From Bugula neritina (taxonomy: Eukaryota; Animalia; Bryozoa), in NCBI GenBank assembly GCA_964035545.1, contig OZ037767.1:8752581-8816580 (forward strand): DNA of 64,000 nt, written 5' to 3'. The translations under genes and the position numbers were made by a program. This document shows, one piece after another, positions 1-13,649 of this stretch. Position 1 is the first letter of the stretch; each line of letters starts with the position of its first letter. Below the pieces are notes generated by a model that searched no databases, was not told the DNA's origin, and saw only the letters and a program-made list of their open reading frames with translations.

Positions 1-2882
1 TCTGAGCTTTCTGTCTCCATCTGCGATGCTCTCTCTCTTTCTGCTGCCAGCTGCTGTTTGTACATTTCTTCGGCAGCATCCATACTGTTGAGACGATGGT
101 TCAGGCTTCTGATCTGAAAAACAACTTTATTTCTTGCAATTTATAATCTGTAGGTTTGATGTTGAGTATAAACTTATACGAATCAGGTTCAAATTCATGT
201 TTCTACACCAACTACTGACGTGTAGAGGATTTGTAGAAACTATTTATAAACTTTTATTAAAAATATCTCAACTTTTTGTTTATGCATACATTAATTATCT
301 GATGATATTTTTAACTTGCTACTTATGAAGATGACATTCAAGCCAAAGGTCAATTAATTTAATTTTGGAGTTTTCTTACCTCATTTATCAGTTGGTCTCG
401 GTTTGCTTCAGATTCCAATAACTTGTTATGAGTATCTTTTAGCTGCTCATCGAGTGTAAAAACTTGATCACTGAGATTAGCTGCTTGCCTGTAATTTTAT
501 ATATAATATAATATATGTAAAGGCCGTATATGATATAAAAGAATATTTTGTATTACACTTCAAAGTCATAATCTTTAGGAACTTGCTGCATTTGCAAAAA
601 AAAAAACATAAAGACATAAGTAAAATATGAAATGTTTGAGAGTACTTTCAAACATTTCCTAAAAGTATAAAAGCTGATTGAAAGATGCTCAAAGTTCCTT
701 GTTGTCGTGTTGGATTAAAGTGAGCTTAACAATTAATGGCAGCATAGCTGAAAAGTTTAATTATTAGATAATTTGAAGCAGCGAAATAAATTTTTAAGGA
801 GTCATTGACTATAGAAGAGCCATTCTAAAATAATGTCACTCATTTACAGGCAATCCTATAGATGCTTAGCTTATTCACCGGCAGACCTCATATAGGGTAT
901 GAATAATTTATTATAGTGTGTATAATAACACCTATTTGTATACCAAGAGTATATTACTAACTGATTAAAGAATTATTACTATAGTGTAGACTAAAATCTC
1001 TACAACGTATATAATGGGTGGAATTCTACCTCTGTAAAGAGTTACGTTCTCCTTCTACTTCCTGAAGTTTATCTGTTGTGGATTTAAGATCCTTAGAAAC
1101 CTCATCAGCTCTCTCATGGGCTGCATCTACTTCTGCCCTCATCTTTAACATTTTTCCTCTCACACCTTAAACACATGGCAGCACTTAGTGTTTGTTTACT
1201 ATTATAGATAAACTAATAATTACTGTATATGGCAGCAATTACTATGCTATCACTACCTTGTGTATTCATTTACTGAATATGCTGCCAATGTTAGAGTTCA
1301 ACCTCTTCACTGTAAACAATAAGTTTTTTCAGTCACTCTGCACGTCGGGAAAGGAGAAGATCAAATAGAAGGCTAAACTCGTTTTAATATATTAAGTTAC
1401 AAAAATAAAGAAGACAAAATTAACTGATTTATACCAGCAGGCAGTGATTTCAATATAGGTAACAATATTCAATATCTTGGTTACTTTCAAATAGCCTGCG
1501 ATAATAAAAGAACCTTTTTAATTTAGAGCTACGAATCTGCAGGTTTGAATAACCAACAGCTGTTTAAGCTGTTTATTATTGAGCACTGTTGTAGAACCTG
1601 ACTCCCTAAAGCTGCATGTACACAGGCTGATTTTTCATTAAAATTGCCGATACACTGTTGGCGATTTTTTAGGATTTTTAAATTTATCGGCCGATTTTGC
1701 TTTTAGCCGATTTTTGAAGCGATTTCCAGAATTGAACATGTTCAATTTTTCGCCGATTTTCTGTTGAACCAGCCAATCAAAAGCTGGCAGAAAATCATGA
1801 CAGCAAGCGATATTAACACCATTGTTGAAATACAACCAGGAAGTAATTAATACGTTGCTATCTCTACGATACATCATATATGAAATACAATTAATTAAAA
1901 TAACTATCAATAGCAGTAGTAGTAATAACAATGCATTGGTTGTCGTGTGACTTTGAGGAAGTTAATTTCACTTTCATATAAATCCCTAAATATTTTTTAA
2001 AATTTTTTTTAAATAGAAAATTAGTATTATTCTTAATTTTTACTCATGTATAATATACTTTATAACTTGTAGTTCGTATGTTGTTGTGTTTATATTCATG
2101 TAACCAGTATTAGTATGAGTATCTCAACTTTACAATTTAAATATTTTCTTAGAGAACAGATTTGCCAGATCGTGAGTTTTTGTAAATAAGTTAGCTCCAA
2201 GACTGCCGTTATGTCAACATAAATAAGATTAAGTGTAGTTACAATCGTTTACAACTTGAACTAAAAAATATTCATACTAAAATTAGACAGCTTAATTATT
2301 TTATGTTATTCATATAGTTTGACATTAGGAATTTGTACTAAATCATTTATGAAATACAAGTAATTACAATAAGTATAACCATTGAATTTGATAGCAGTAG
2401 TATTAGTAGTAACAACCCATAAATTGAATGTATGTTAACGTAGTACTACTAGTACTACTGCTACTAGTACTGCTGCTACTAGTACTGCTGCTACTAGTAC
2501 TACTGCTACTAGTACTGCTGCTACTAGTACTGCTGCTAGTAGTACTGCTGCTAGTACTGCTGCTGCTAGTACTGCTGCTACTAGTACTGCTGCTACTAGT
2601 ACTGCTGCTACTAGTACTGCTGCTACTAGTACTGCTGCTACTAGTACTGCTGCTACTAGTACTGCTGCTACTAGTACTGCTGCTACTAGTACTGCTGCTA
2701 GTACTAGTACTACTGCTAGTACTAGTACTACTGCTGTTAGTACTACTGCTACTAGTACTACTGCTAGTACTAGTACTACTGCTACTAGAACTACTGCTAC
2801 TAGTACTACTGCTACTAGTACTACTACTAGTAGTAGTGGTAGTGGTGGTAGTTGTAATGGTAGTCACCGTAGCGGTAGTAGA

Positions 2883-2914
<32 letters not shown>

Positions 2915-4165
2915 TAGTAGTACTAGTACTAGTAGTAGTAGTAGTACTAGTAGTGAGCGTAGTTACTAGTTAGTAGCTGAATACAACTTGCCTTCCTGGT
3001 CTCTACTTCTGCACCACCTCCTGGCTCGTTTCTCATTGATGGAGTCGTTTTCCTTCTCGTCATAAAATAATAAATAAGCTGCAGCTGCTAAAATTTGTTT
3101 ATTGTTTCTAGCCATTTCACTTGTGAAAATAACGTATATGAAAATGCGTGTTTACTATGCACATGCAACTGATCTTGACCTCTGCGCATGAACCCAGAAG
3201 AAAGTTACATAGACTGAGAGCTATCCGCCAATAAAACGCAAGCAGGAAAATAACGCGGGGGAAATAAAAGTCGCTTGGATTTATCGCCCATTTTTCAATC
3301 AGCAATAGCGAAATCGACAAGTACAAAATCGGTCTGTGTACATGCAGCTTTAAAGAGCATATAATATATGCAGTAAACATGGTTTACTTGCTTTGTGGAG
3401 TGTAGAAATTGTTCACATTGAAAAGTGCCGCTGTTTTAGCAGCTGTCATAAGACAGCAAATTATTTATGACAAACCAGGGAGGTTTCTTGTCAGCAAATG
3501 GTTGTGCACTTGATGAAAATAAGGAAGCAACATTGATGTATATGTGTCACTTGTTGAACTGAATTCACAGAATCTCTTGTAGGACAATACACCTTCCAAA
3601 CGATGTTTTAAAGGGACTCATTTTTAAATGGTGATATGTAAAGCAATCAAGTGCTTCACCAGAGTTTTCAAATGTGAAAAAACTCTTAGAGTAACCATTG
3701 AAGCTGAGCTTTACAAGATTATCATAAAATCTGTAGAAACTCCTACAATTACAAATTTGTAAAAAAGATAAGCAATTAAAAGGAGAGAGCCAAGAAGTAT
3801 TCTTTTTTAAAATCATGGTAAACAAAATAATACCACCATTAAATCAAATCAAAATAACATTGAGCTGTTATATCAACTGCCAGAAAGATGTTTAAAAGTT
3901 TACCCAAAAGTTGAAAACGCAGAAAACTAAGAAAAAGCTTCTTTTTATGATGTTTAAAACTGAAAAATAAAATCCTTCAGTTGCACATTAGTTGATTGGA
4001 GTATTTTGAAGAAATAATTTAAACCAGTTTTTAGTTAGCTTATAGCAAATCATACAATGATATATATTTAGTACCATGTAATTCCACCCTTAATTTAACA
4101 TTAGCTGCAGTTTGCTCACCTTGAAGTTCCGCAGAACATTCTGCTGATAATCCCGTGGCAGGCAT
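1..4165 (-). CDS. Divergent tropomyosin-like coiled-coil protein, short/LMW type, 5' part (exons 4165-4120, 1165-1030, 488-380, 113-<1)
   Basis: GT-AG exons join in frame (phases 1,2,0): MPATGLSAECSAELQGVRGKMLKMRAEVDAAHERADEVSKDLKSTTDKLQEVEGERNSLQRQAANLSDQVFTLDEQLKDTHNKLLESEANRDQLINEIRSLNHRLNSMDAAEEMYKQQL... By eye it aligns without gaps to the short tropomyosin N-terminus as I recall it (VRRK..DAAEERA..SLNRR..KLEEAE). Confidence 0.7.
1609..3350. mobile_element. Non-autonomous PIF/Harbinger-like DNA transposon in intron 1 of the tropomyosin-like gene
   Basis: Terminal inverted repeats (TIRs) taaagctgcatgtacacag (1607-1625) and ctgtgtacatgcagcttta (3334-3352), extending to about 28 bp with 2 mismatches; TA/TAA flanks; subterminal ccgatttt repeats; short minus-strand ORF 3115-2992 (…KRARRWCRSRDQEG) resembling a Harbinger transposase N-terminus. 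Confidence 0.7.
2440..2960. repeat. Simple/minisatellite repeat built from ctagtactgctgcta (15-mer) and (tag)n/(cta)n
   Basis: Directly visible; accounts for the poly-Ser/Thr and poly-Leu/Val ORFs. Confidence 0.95.
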
Positions 4166-5577
4166 CTTCTATTCTGTAGGTATGCTTTAATCTTATAATT
4201 CTATCCTATTTTGTAGATATGCTCAAATCCTATGCTTTATAATAGGTGAAGTTGAATTTCAATTGAGAGTTAACTTTCGCTAGCTTCTGCTCTGTAGGCT
4301 GTCTAAGTCATTAAGATGTGTGAGCAAAGTTTAGAATAACTTCAGCATTGCCTACTCTCTCAAATGTGCAAACAACTGAGGGGCTTCACACACCCACCCC
4401 TACTATCAGTCAACCTTAGCCTTAAACTAGTCATGATTTGTTGATGTAAGTGCGGAAGTGCAGGATTTTTGCTATCAAAATAATATCATGTTGCATGCAG
4501 GAGTTCCCACCTACTGTACTACATAGCACAAGTGATTTAGTGAGTAAATAGAAGTAATAACTTGTATAAACACCCTATATATAACACAAGACATGGACTC
4601 AGTATTTTACATCTGTCATGGTATTGCTATAATGTAATATATTATACTATAAACTCTTACACTAATTAGCCCCTAACTGCCTGCTAAAAAGACGTTAGGG
4701 GCTTTTTTGCTCCCTCTTATGTCCACAGTTCATCAACATTAAATGTACAATACATGGACACATTTAAAAGTGTTGTTATAAAAACAAAAGCTACAACTGC
4801 TATACCGTGATTATGCTTGCAAACACTAAATTGTTTTACAAACTAAATTGTACAAAAATAAAAGAGGCCTTGTATAACAATTTGAGTAGCTTTTTTTAAA
4901 TGATGTGCTTTAAGTGTATTTCAAAACCAAGCGACATATAAGCACTCTGTATAGCATGTGTTATGGTCTAAAACAGTGGCTGTTATAGATGTTACTGCTG
5001 AGGCTTTGAAGTTTAGAATTGTTATTATGTTTATAAGTAAGCAAAATATTTCTTTTGATATTTTAAACATGCTGATAAATCCTGTTTTATTGGATTAGGT
5101 CACCCACTGCAAGCATAAATAGCATGTGACACAAATGTGTTAAAGCTGTTTATTGGTCAATTTGGGATCCATTGTAATGGACTGGGCGAGGTGCCAAGTC
5201 TGCCCTATACACAACCTTGCAGCCTTCATTTATATTGATTTTACTTTCATTGTGATAAAACTGCAGCTATTATACTTCGGTGCAAAGCCCAGGCACCAAA
5301 AATGACTCCGTGGCCCTATTACTATATTATTGTGGCCTGCACAAGTATGAATGAGCAGAACAATCATGTGTGACTGATGGGGTTAGTTGATATGTGTTAG
5401 TAGTAGTGCATCAACTACAACATAAATGGAGCAGTTATTTAGGATAACACTGACAACTAGATATAACTGCAACTAATATATAACTGCAGATATAACTGCA
5501 ACATATATCTGCAGGCAGCTAGGTAATACCATATATCTCTATGGAAGCTGTATAGTAGTGTATACTATTATTGGGCT

Positions 5578-8500
5578 ATGTATGGTTACCTGGACAACAT
5601 ATCCCCTTCACTACTAGCAGCCTTGTGTGTCGGCCTAATAGTCTACTATATCAATAGATGGTGGCAGGTGAGTCTACGTAACATAACCATCTCATTTATT
5701 AAACACAAGATATCTATTTGTAAAACTTAGACACATCTTAAGACTGAGACATTAAGATATCCAGTTTTCTTTTTCGAATCAAGAAGACAGGTTTTTCAAT
5801 GTTTCCTTTGATTTTGTATCTACTTTTGCACCTCCTGGTGAGATTGGTTGACAAAAAGAACTAATATCTTGCAGTCAGTCTCAGTGCAAACTCAAACACA
5901 CTATTTACTGCACTCAAGCACACACTGTATGTAAAGGCAGCCACTATCTTCTAATCAGTTATAAACTTTTACTCATAAAAGTTATCATATTATTGTTAAA
6001 TGTTAATTAGTATTACAAATGCTTTACTGTAACATATACCTCCTTCCATATTTCGTTTTATTGCTTTTAAGTACTTTATAAGAGTTTTATGTTGGGTTAA
6101 ACTTCTGTCACTTTAACTACATGGAACAGAACATGATATAGTGATTAATGTACTCATAATTCCTACATGGAGAAGGTAAATACACTATGTATAGTATATT
6201 ACCCCAGCTGTAAGAAAGTTCTATTCACTCCACCTGTAGGATCCACTGAGACACATTCCAGGCCCGAGAAGTCTCCCTATAATAGGAAATGTTCTCTCCA
6301 TTGATGTACAGAGAATGCACTTACAGTTCTATGAAATGGCTCAAGAGTATGGAGATGTAATGAAAATATATCTCTTTCACAATCCAGTTGTAATAATCAA
6401 CTCTACAGAGGCCTGCTTGGAGGCATTGATTAAACGAGGTTTGCTGACTATAATGTAGATTTTTGTGATGTTTAAATCCTTTAGGAGCAGTATATAGTGG
6501 AAAATTGAGATAGCCTAAGTTTTTTAGCTTTCTTGATAAATTTTGGTTGGGGGGGGGGGGTTTGAATTGCTGCGAGAACATAACTTCTTCTTCTACATTT
6601 CTAATCTAATTGCTGCACCTATTTCGTTTAAAATTTAAATGCAAGATATGACAAAGCATGTGGTAACTTAGAGGCACAAATATATAATCAAGGCCTGTAT
6701 AACAAATTATAGAAACTATTGACAATCTATTGACTTTTCATTTAAAGGGACAAGTTTTCAAGGTAGAGTTTATTTGCCAAGATTGAACTCTGTAATAAAG
6801 AAGAATGTGGTAAATTTGGTGAGTATCAGAAGTTTAGTTATATTGTATCACAACTGAGCTGCATGTGAAATATGTATATCTTTATGTTTACAAGCTTCCA
6901 ATCTTGCGGGTGGATTCTTATTTAACTCCACAACCATAAGTACGTGCAAACCGGAACCACAAATTCATTCACCAGAGCATCCATTTGCAAAATGCAAAGT
7001 AATGGAAATGCCATGTGCGAGAGTTCGTTGATGCCCTTTATGCTACAATCACTAAATATATATTTGAATCTGATTTGAAGTTTACAATTTTAGCTGATAT
7101 TTTATTATAGTTGCCACTACAGTACTGTTACTGCTGTTCCAAAAAGCATCAGTCAAATATTTAGTCTTATATTATAAAGGATAGAGGGCATCATTCAGCA
7201 TTAATTTGATTTCACCATAATATGATTATGACTTGGCCAGCCACCAGATCTGGATATGATCGTAAAAGGTGAACAGTTTCTGTGAATGTTTTCTGCCTGA
7301 TTCTACATATTCTAGGAATACTAGAAACTTCTAACACTCTATACTACAGGGCTACGATGATCCCATCTATGTGCCTCTACGAAAACTAGCCACTAAGGCT
7401 CTAAAAGCCTATGGTCCAGGAATTACACATCTTGAGAATACAATGCAGGAAGTGATGTGCGACTTGATTGACAGAGTTGAAGAGGATGAAGCCCAGGATA
7501 TTGATGAGCTGACTGGTGGCTTCCTGGGATGTGTAATGATTGCTTTAGTACGTCGTAACTCAACTCTATTAAACACAAGAATGTTTAAGTTACCAATATC
7601 ACCTACTATATGCTGCTATAACAAAACAGATAATAAAACACGACTTATATATTGTTTTGTTATTCAACTGGAAAGTTTGTAGCATTCTGGTAGATGGTGC
7701 AATTGCTTCTGTTTCTCGGTGGCTTATAGATTTTATATTGTTATTAGCACTGTTGAAACCACAACTACAATCTATAGTGATGATAATGGTGTCTTTAATT
7801 ACTCATCAATTTTGTTTCTAATTTTTTACTGAAAAAGGTTTTGAGTATATGCTGCCACATTTTAGGGCAGATATCATGTATGCCTGCTTTCTACTTTTAG
7901 ATGTTTGGAGAGAAACCAGACTACAAGGATGCGGACTGCCAGTTTTTACATGACCTGAATGAGGAGATGATTGATGCTGTCGACCCATTTGACAGTGCTG
8001 CCATTCTAGACCTGTTTCCTTTTCTCTTCAAGTTTAAATTTCTCTTTAGGTCCACTCATCAGAAAATTGAAAAATTAATTCAAAAGTTAGATCATTTCTT
8101 TTCTCAAAAAATATCAGAGGCTGAGGTAAGCTTATAAATATAAGCATAGAAACCTTAAGATAATCAATGCCCTACTTAACCCCGTAACTTCATTACAAAC
8201 ACTGAAACCTTAAAGTGAGAAATGTTTTTAGATAGCTGCTACACTGAATTGTATAACTTTTCAGTGCTAAGAAGGTAGTGTAAAGAATACCTTGTCACAA
8301 AATTAGAGCTTTATCATAAAACATGCCTGCATTTTTGCAAACTTAGTCTAAATGAAAATCTGCCATAAAGTTATTGCAAGTTACTGTAGTATTATGTGAA
8401 TAAACTTTATATTGAGCCTTATAGAACATGTTACTAAGTTGAGTCATGGAGAGAGTGACAAACAACATGTCTATAAAGCATTAGCTTTTTAACTGAAAGC

Positions 8501-10675
8501 TTTGCATAGCTTTACAAAGCCTGTATAACAACAAAGCCATAATACAACAGTTACTTCTGTTTTCAGCGAACTTTTGACCCAAACAATAAAAGAGGGTGTC
8601 TAGATTATTTCATTGAGGTTCAGAAAGAAGAAGTTGATGAAAATGGAAAACCAATTTTCGATTATGATTGTATTCAAGGAATTCTGACGGATTTTGTTGT
8701 TGCAGGTAAAATTATAGCATTACTGAGCTTGAATCTTACGTAAGTTGTTCACTATAGTATCTTTAAAGTTTAAAGTATCTGTTAATTTATTCATTTTGAA
8801 TGTATGTTGCTGCTATGTTATTATATTTTGGAGTTATCTTATTGCTATCTATAACATGTTGGTGTTGAAGGCATTGAGACTAGCCTGACTTCTCTTCGGC
8901 AAATGTTTCTGGACTTCCTTCATGATCCTCTGCTACAGAAAAGGCTACAGAACCAGATTGATAGTCAGTTTGCTCCAAATCACATCTTCACCATACAAGA
9001 TAGGTACAAATCTTCAACTATACAGAATAGGTATAGGTCCCTAACTATATACAGGATAGGTATAAGTCCTTTGATATACAATATAGGTATATAAGCTCTA
9101 ATAACACCACATCATCACCATACAGGATAAGTAAAATATCTAATGATATCACACCTTTATAATAGAAGATATAATTAAACTCTTATATGACGTAAAAAGC
9201 TTTTATATGTAAATTATTTATTTATTTAATTACTTGTAAAAACAGTCTGTGTTAAACACTAAGCTTGAGTGTGTTGATATTTTTCAAATAAGTCATCCGA
9301 ATTAATGAAGACTGCTGAATTTATTTTTGAGCACAAAATTCTTCAAATCCATTTGTCATGCCTAGTAAAACTAATACATTTGACCTAAAGTCGTTGGACT
9401 TGTTTGACGCTAATAGACAGAACTCCTATAATGTCATTTCAAAGAGTGCAATTTTCTCGATGCATATAGTGCTGTAGCAACAACAAACAGTAGAGTTAAT
9501 TTATTCTAGAGCAAAGCTGCCTCTGTTAGAAGCATATGTCCACGAAAACCTGCGATATCTCTCACAAGCTCCTCTGCTTCTGCCTCATCTAACTATTGAG
9601 GACACAGAAGTTGCTGGATATAAAGCAAGTATAGTCTAGTTGTAGAGATGTCTGCTGTGTTTTATTATCTCATTACTATATAATATATTGTCCTACTAGC
9701 TCAATATTATGGCGCTATTATTTTGATTTTATGATACTACTAACTGGATAGTATGATATTACCTAGATCACAATAAACATCTGAAAACAACTTTAGCACA
9801 ACATTGGCATCTATATGTTTTTTATTTCTAAAAAGGTTGTTACAATTCTACCGAATACAAAATTGTAGATATACAAAAAGGTTATATGAGAATTATTTTT
9901 TTCATGACTTTTAAAGTTACTATTATCACACTATGTTTGGGCCTTGCATAACTCTATTTTTGATAGTAGTTTATAGACAAATTTAAATTACTAAAAGATT
10001 GTAATGTGACTATAATCTACTCCACATTGTTCTTATATAGATACCTAAAGGAACTAGAGTACTGATCAATGGGTTCTATACAGCACATAATCCTAGTGTT
10101 TATGAAGAACCATTTGAAATGAAACCAGAAAGGTTCTTGGATGAGAATGGAAACGTCATTCCACCAGGTCACCCTCTCAGATATCAGTAAGTTTTCCTTG
10201 GTCTGTAAGCTGTTGGTGGAGCTATGGAGTTATTTTCTTTATGCAATTTACAACTTTTCAATTTTAATTGCAGAATTTTTTTACTAAAATGAAAAAATGT
10301 GACAGTTTTGTGAAGTTATAGAATTTTGCATGACGTCTTTTAACATTGTAAATTAGCAGTTTGTTTCAACGGCTACATATTGTATTAGTCTTGAAATTGA
10401 CTCTTGAGATACATGAACATAATACATATTGTGATACTACTTGCACATATCCCATTATTATTTACAGTTTCATAGGGTTTGGTGCCGGGCGAAGAGTATG
10501 TATTGGTGAAACACTGGCTAGAAGCAGAATTTTCTTATTCCTTGCCAACATTCTACAGAAATTTTCTTTGGAACCAGTCGGGAAACTCCCAAGCCGTGAT
10601 GTGCGGGAGTACAAAATGTCCGTTTTAATAAAACCTCCATCTGTGTCAGCCAGGTTTATTAGGAGGCAGCAGTAA
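5578..10675 (+). CDS. Cytochrome P450 CYP-1, clan 2-like, 507 aa; exons 5578-5667, 6240-6438, 6748-6818, 7350-7547, 7901-8125, 8567-8705, 8871-9003, 9510-9624, 10041-10186, 10468-10675
   Basis: N-terminal TM anchor, PGPRSLPIIGN hinge, I-helix AGIETS, K-helix ENLR, KPERF, heme motif FGAGRRVCIG; exon lengths total 1524 nt in frame; intron 8 has a GC donor (9625). Confidence 0.93.
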
Positions 10676-12778
10676 AACCAACTCTACATAAGTCTATTTT
10701 TAGAATAATGTTGGAATTTTGGCTAGCATCATTCTTTTATCTCACCATTTTTATTTTTGCAACAAATCTTGTAAATTATAGCATTTTTAAAATTTATCTC
10801 ACTTAAATAAATGCAGTTGAATTACTTTTACCTCAACTATATCCAACTTTGCTACTTATGCAAAGTTATGTGTAGTTATGTGTAGCAAATAATTTGCTAC
10901 ACATTTTTTTAACCTCCAAAGCTTTTTATGATGGTTGCTCAGAGTCACTTCAGAGCTACCTTATCTTGTTGACATATTGTGCTAACAGCTAGGGCAAATG
11001 TGTAGTGTAAACTAATTGTCATTTTATACATGATTTTTTATACATTATTTAATGTATACATGTATACTATATGTTACAATAAATCAAAAGCTTATTAAGT
11101 ATAATCAGTTATAATTTGGATGTCAATTTTCTATTATCCAATTAACAACATAATTTAAAAATGTATATCAAATATTACGATATGAAGACATTATATACAG
11201 TTTTATATGCAAGAAAAAAATATAATAATCATGATAAATATTGACATGTTGACCAACTCTAGCAACAAATTAGAGCTAAATTAGACTGTCTTTTAATTAT
11301 CAAACTTTTAGATGGCAAACAATTAGCTTTGTGCATTTGTCTTCTAAACAGTGTAGCTGTTCATACAAACACTTGCCCTAAATAATTTGCAATGCTTAGG
11401 ATTGTACAAAGGCAACCATCGATTTGATTTTATATTGCAAATATAATATAATTTATTAAAGAGGACACCTGATTGCTTTAAAAAAAAGCAGCAACACAGA
11501 TTCTTCATACTGCTTTGGCTATATATTATGTTCTGTTGGTCAGAAATTCCTCAGTGGACCAAGAGAAAATAACTCTTTGTAACGCTTTCTTCACAGTAAT
11601 TGAGCCTCATAATGTACCATAATATTATATTATTCTTTCCAACTCTATAAGTTCATTAAAGTGTTTATCGATAATTAGTTTATATATTTTACTTGGGCAT
11701 TAGTTGGTAACTAAGTAAACAGCAGCATGGCCTTTAGCCTCTTAAGGCCTGGCCTCACGCTCGTGAGAATCACACAAAAATTTGCATAAATTTTGTTGTG
11801 AGTTATCTTCTCTTTAAACAGAGACACAAGAATAATCTACTAAATCTTCTTATATGCAAATCTTGCAGGAAGAAAAAAACACCCCATTCTTGAAATAGGA
11901 TAACATAAGACATATACAAGAGAAGATCAAAACATGTAAACAATCACTATATCTGTTGCCACTTCACCATGCAGTATATCATGATAGTTTCTTACTAATA
12001 ACCAGTAGAGAACATTTAGAAGCAGTGGTGGGAAAATGAGATAGCTTAGGGTCTTTGATTTTTTATTGAATTTTGGTTTGGGGTGCTCAGTTTTCAGATT
12101 TTTATAATTGCTTCAACAATCTCTAGTCTAAATTTAACTAAAATATAAGATTATATATATTATATGAAACTGCATGTATATATATACGAGTTTATTGTTT
12201 TCTAAAATGTACTGCGAGTGCAATTCAAAACTTAACAATGTGGCAATCTCTAATATAGTCTTATTGTCTGCACCTTCTAAATGCAATATAAGTGTTTTGA
12301 ACATTATGATGATAAATATGACATTCTAATGCTTTAGATTTTAGAGCACCTGCAAATAAGATGCGACAGATGTGTTCAGGCATGCATGTGGTTTTTGTAG
12401 CAAAGTACTTTAATAATGTTATGATGATATTTTCTCCAACAATGTTATTCTTTCACTTCAGTCAGCTGCATGCAAATTACATACGCCAATGATTGTCCTA
12501 TCAATAACAGCATTTAACATTTTTTAGTTCAATGTTTTCAGCTCACTTCTCCCCCATGCATACTTTTTTTTACAGACAGACTTCTATTGTTGCAATAGTT
12601 GAGTTCTATTGACAACTGGAGTTTTATTACATTTTTTCAGCGTAAATTTTGCATGCCAGGTTTTATACTGCAATCAAACTCGACTCAAGCTTTTTGTCTA
12701 TTTCAACTAAGTGACTATCAACTCCATGCTGCTTCAAGCAAATTTCATAAGATTGAGTTGCAGTATCAGTATGAGTAA

Positions 12779-13121
12779 GCCTAGGGCCACACTGTGCGTA
12801 TTTTCGCATGCGAAAATTAAAATCACAAGTAGCAAAGGTGTCTACTGTAGCGTCAGTGATGCGTGATAAATAAAGCTTTCATTTTTAAATCGCACTCGCT
12901 TTCAATTAAACGCAATTTACTGGAATGTAGCACTAAATAAAGAAATTGGGCTCGCTGAATAGCTACCAGCCAATTAGGTGACGACGACAGAGACGATTCG
13001 CACTTGCGTTGAAAATGCAGAGCGACAAGTGCGAATGTTTTCTCAACGCGCACAGTGGACACCTTTGCTACTTGTGATTTCAGTTTTCGCATGCGAAAAT
13101 ACGCACCGTGTGGCCCTAGGC
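12779..13121. mobile_element. PIF/Harbinger-type MITE
   Basis: About 70-bp TIRs (gcctagggccacac.gtgcgtattttcgcatgcgaaaa...) with TAA target-site duplication (TSD) at 12776-12778 and 13122-13124. Confidence 0.88.
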
Positions 13122-13649
13122 TAACAGTTAGGGTATATGAATGCTATTACATATGTCTAAATATATAATTACTAGTTGTTTTACTCACAGCTCTGCAGGT
13201 ATCTCACGCAATATGACTTTTTGACATTATGTACAATATCCTATAACATTTTTATAGTAAGTATATGTAGCTAGCTGGTGTTATGTTGTTTATATTATTA
13301 AGAGTTGTCTATTTAATTATGAACATCATTGATGCTAAGAGTTGTCTACTCTATTATGAAAGTCTATGACTTTTAATAATGCATTAATTCGATCAGTTAC
13401 AACTAAAATATGTGATGGCGGCATGATTGACGAGCTTTTTTGGTACATTAATCTGAATTAATATCAAACTCATCTACAAAATCAAGCAAAAAATCTAGTA
13501 ACCGTAGTTAGAACTTTTGAAAATAGATGCGCAGTAATGAATAATTATGATTATTATTAATGATAAGTAAATAACTATTTATGTAAGTTAGTAATACTAA
13601 TAATTAAAAGTAACCAAGATTTAATTGAAAATTAATAAATAACTAAATT

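Noticed and set aside
2403-2886. Poly-Ser/Thr and poly-Leu/Val ORFs
   Set aside because: Translations of a simple repeat inside an intronic transposon.
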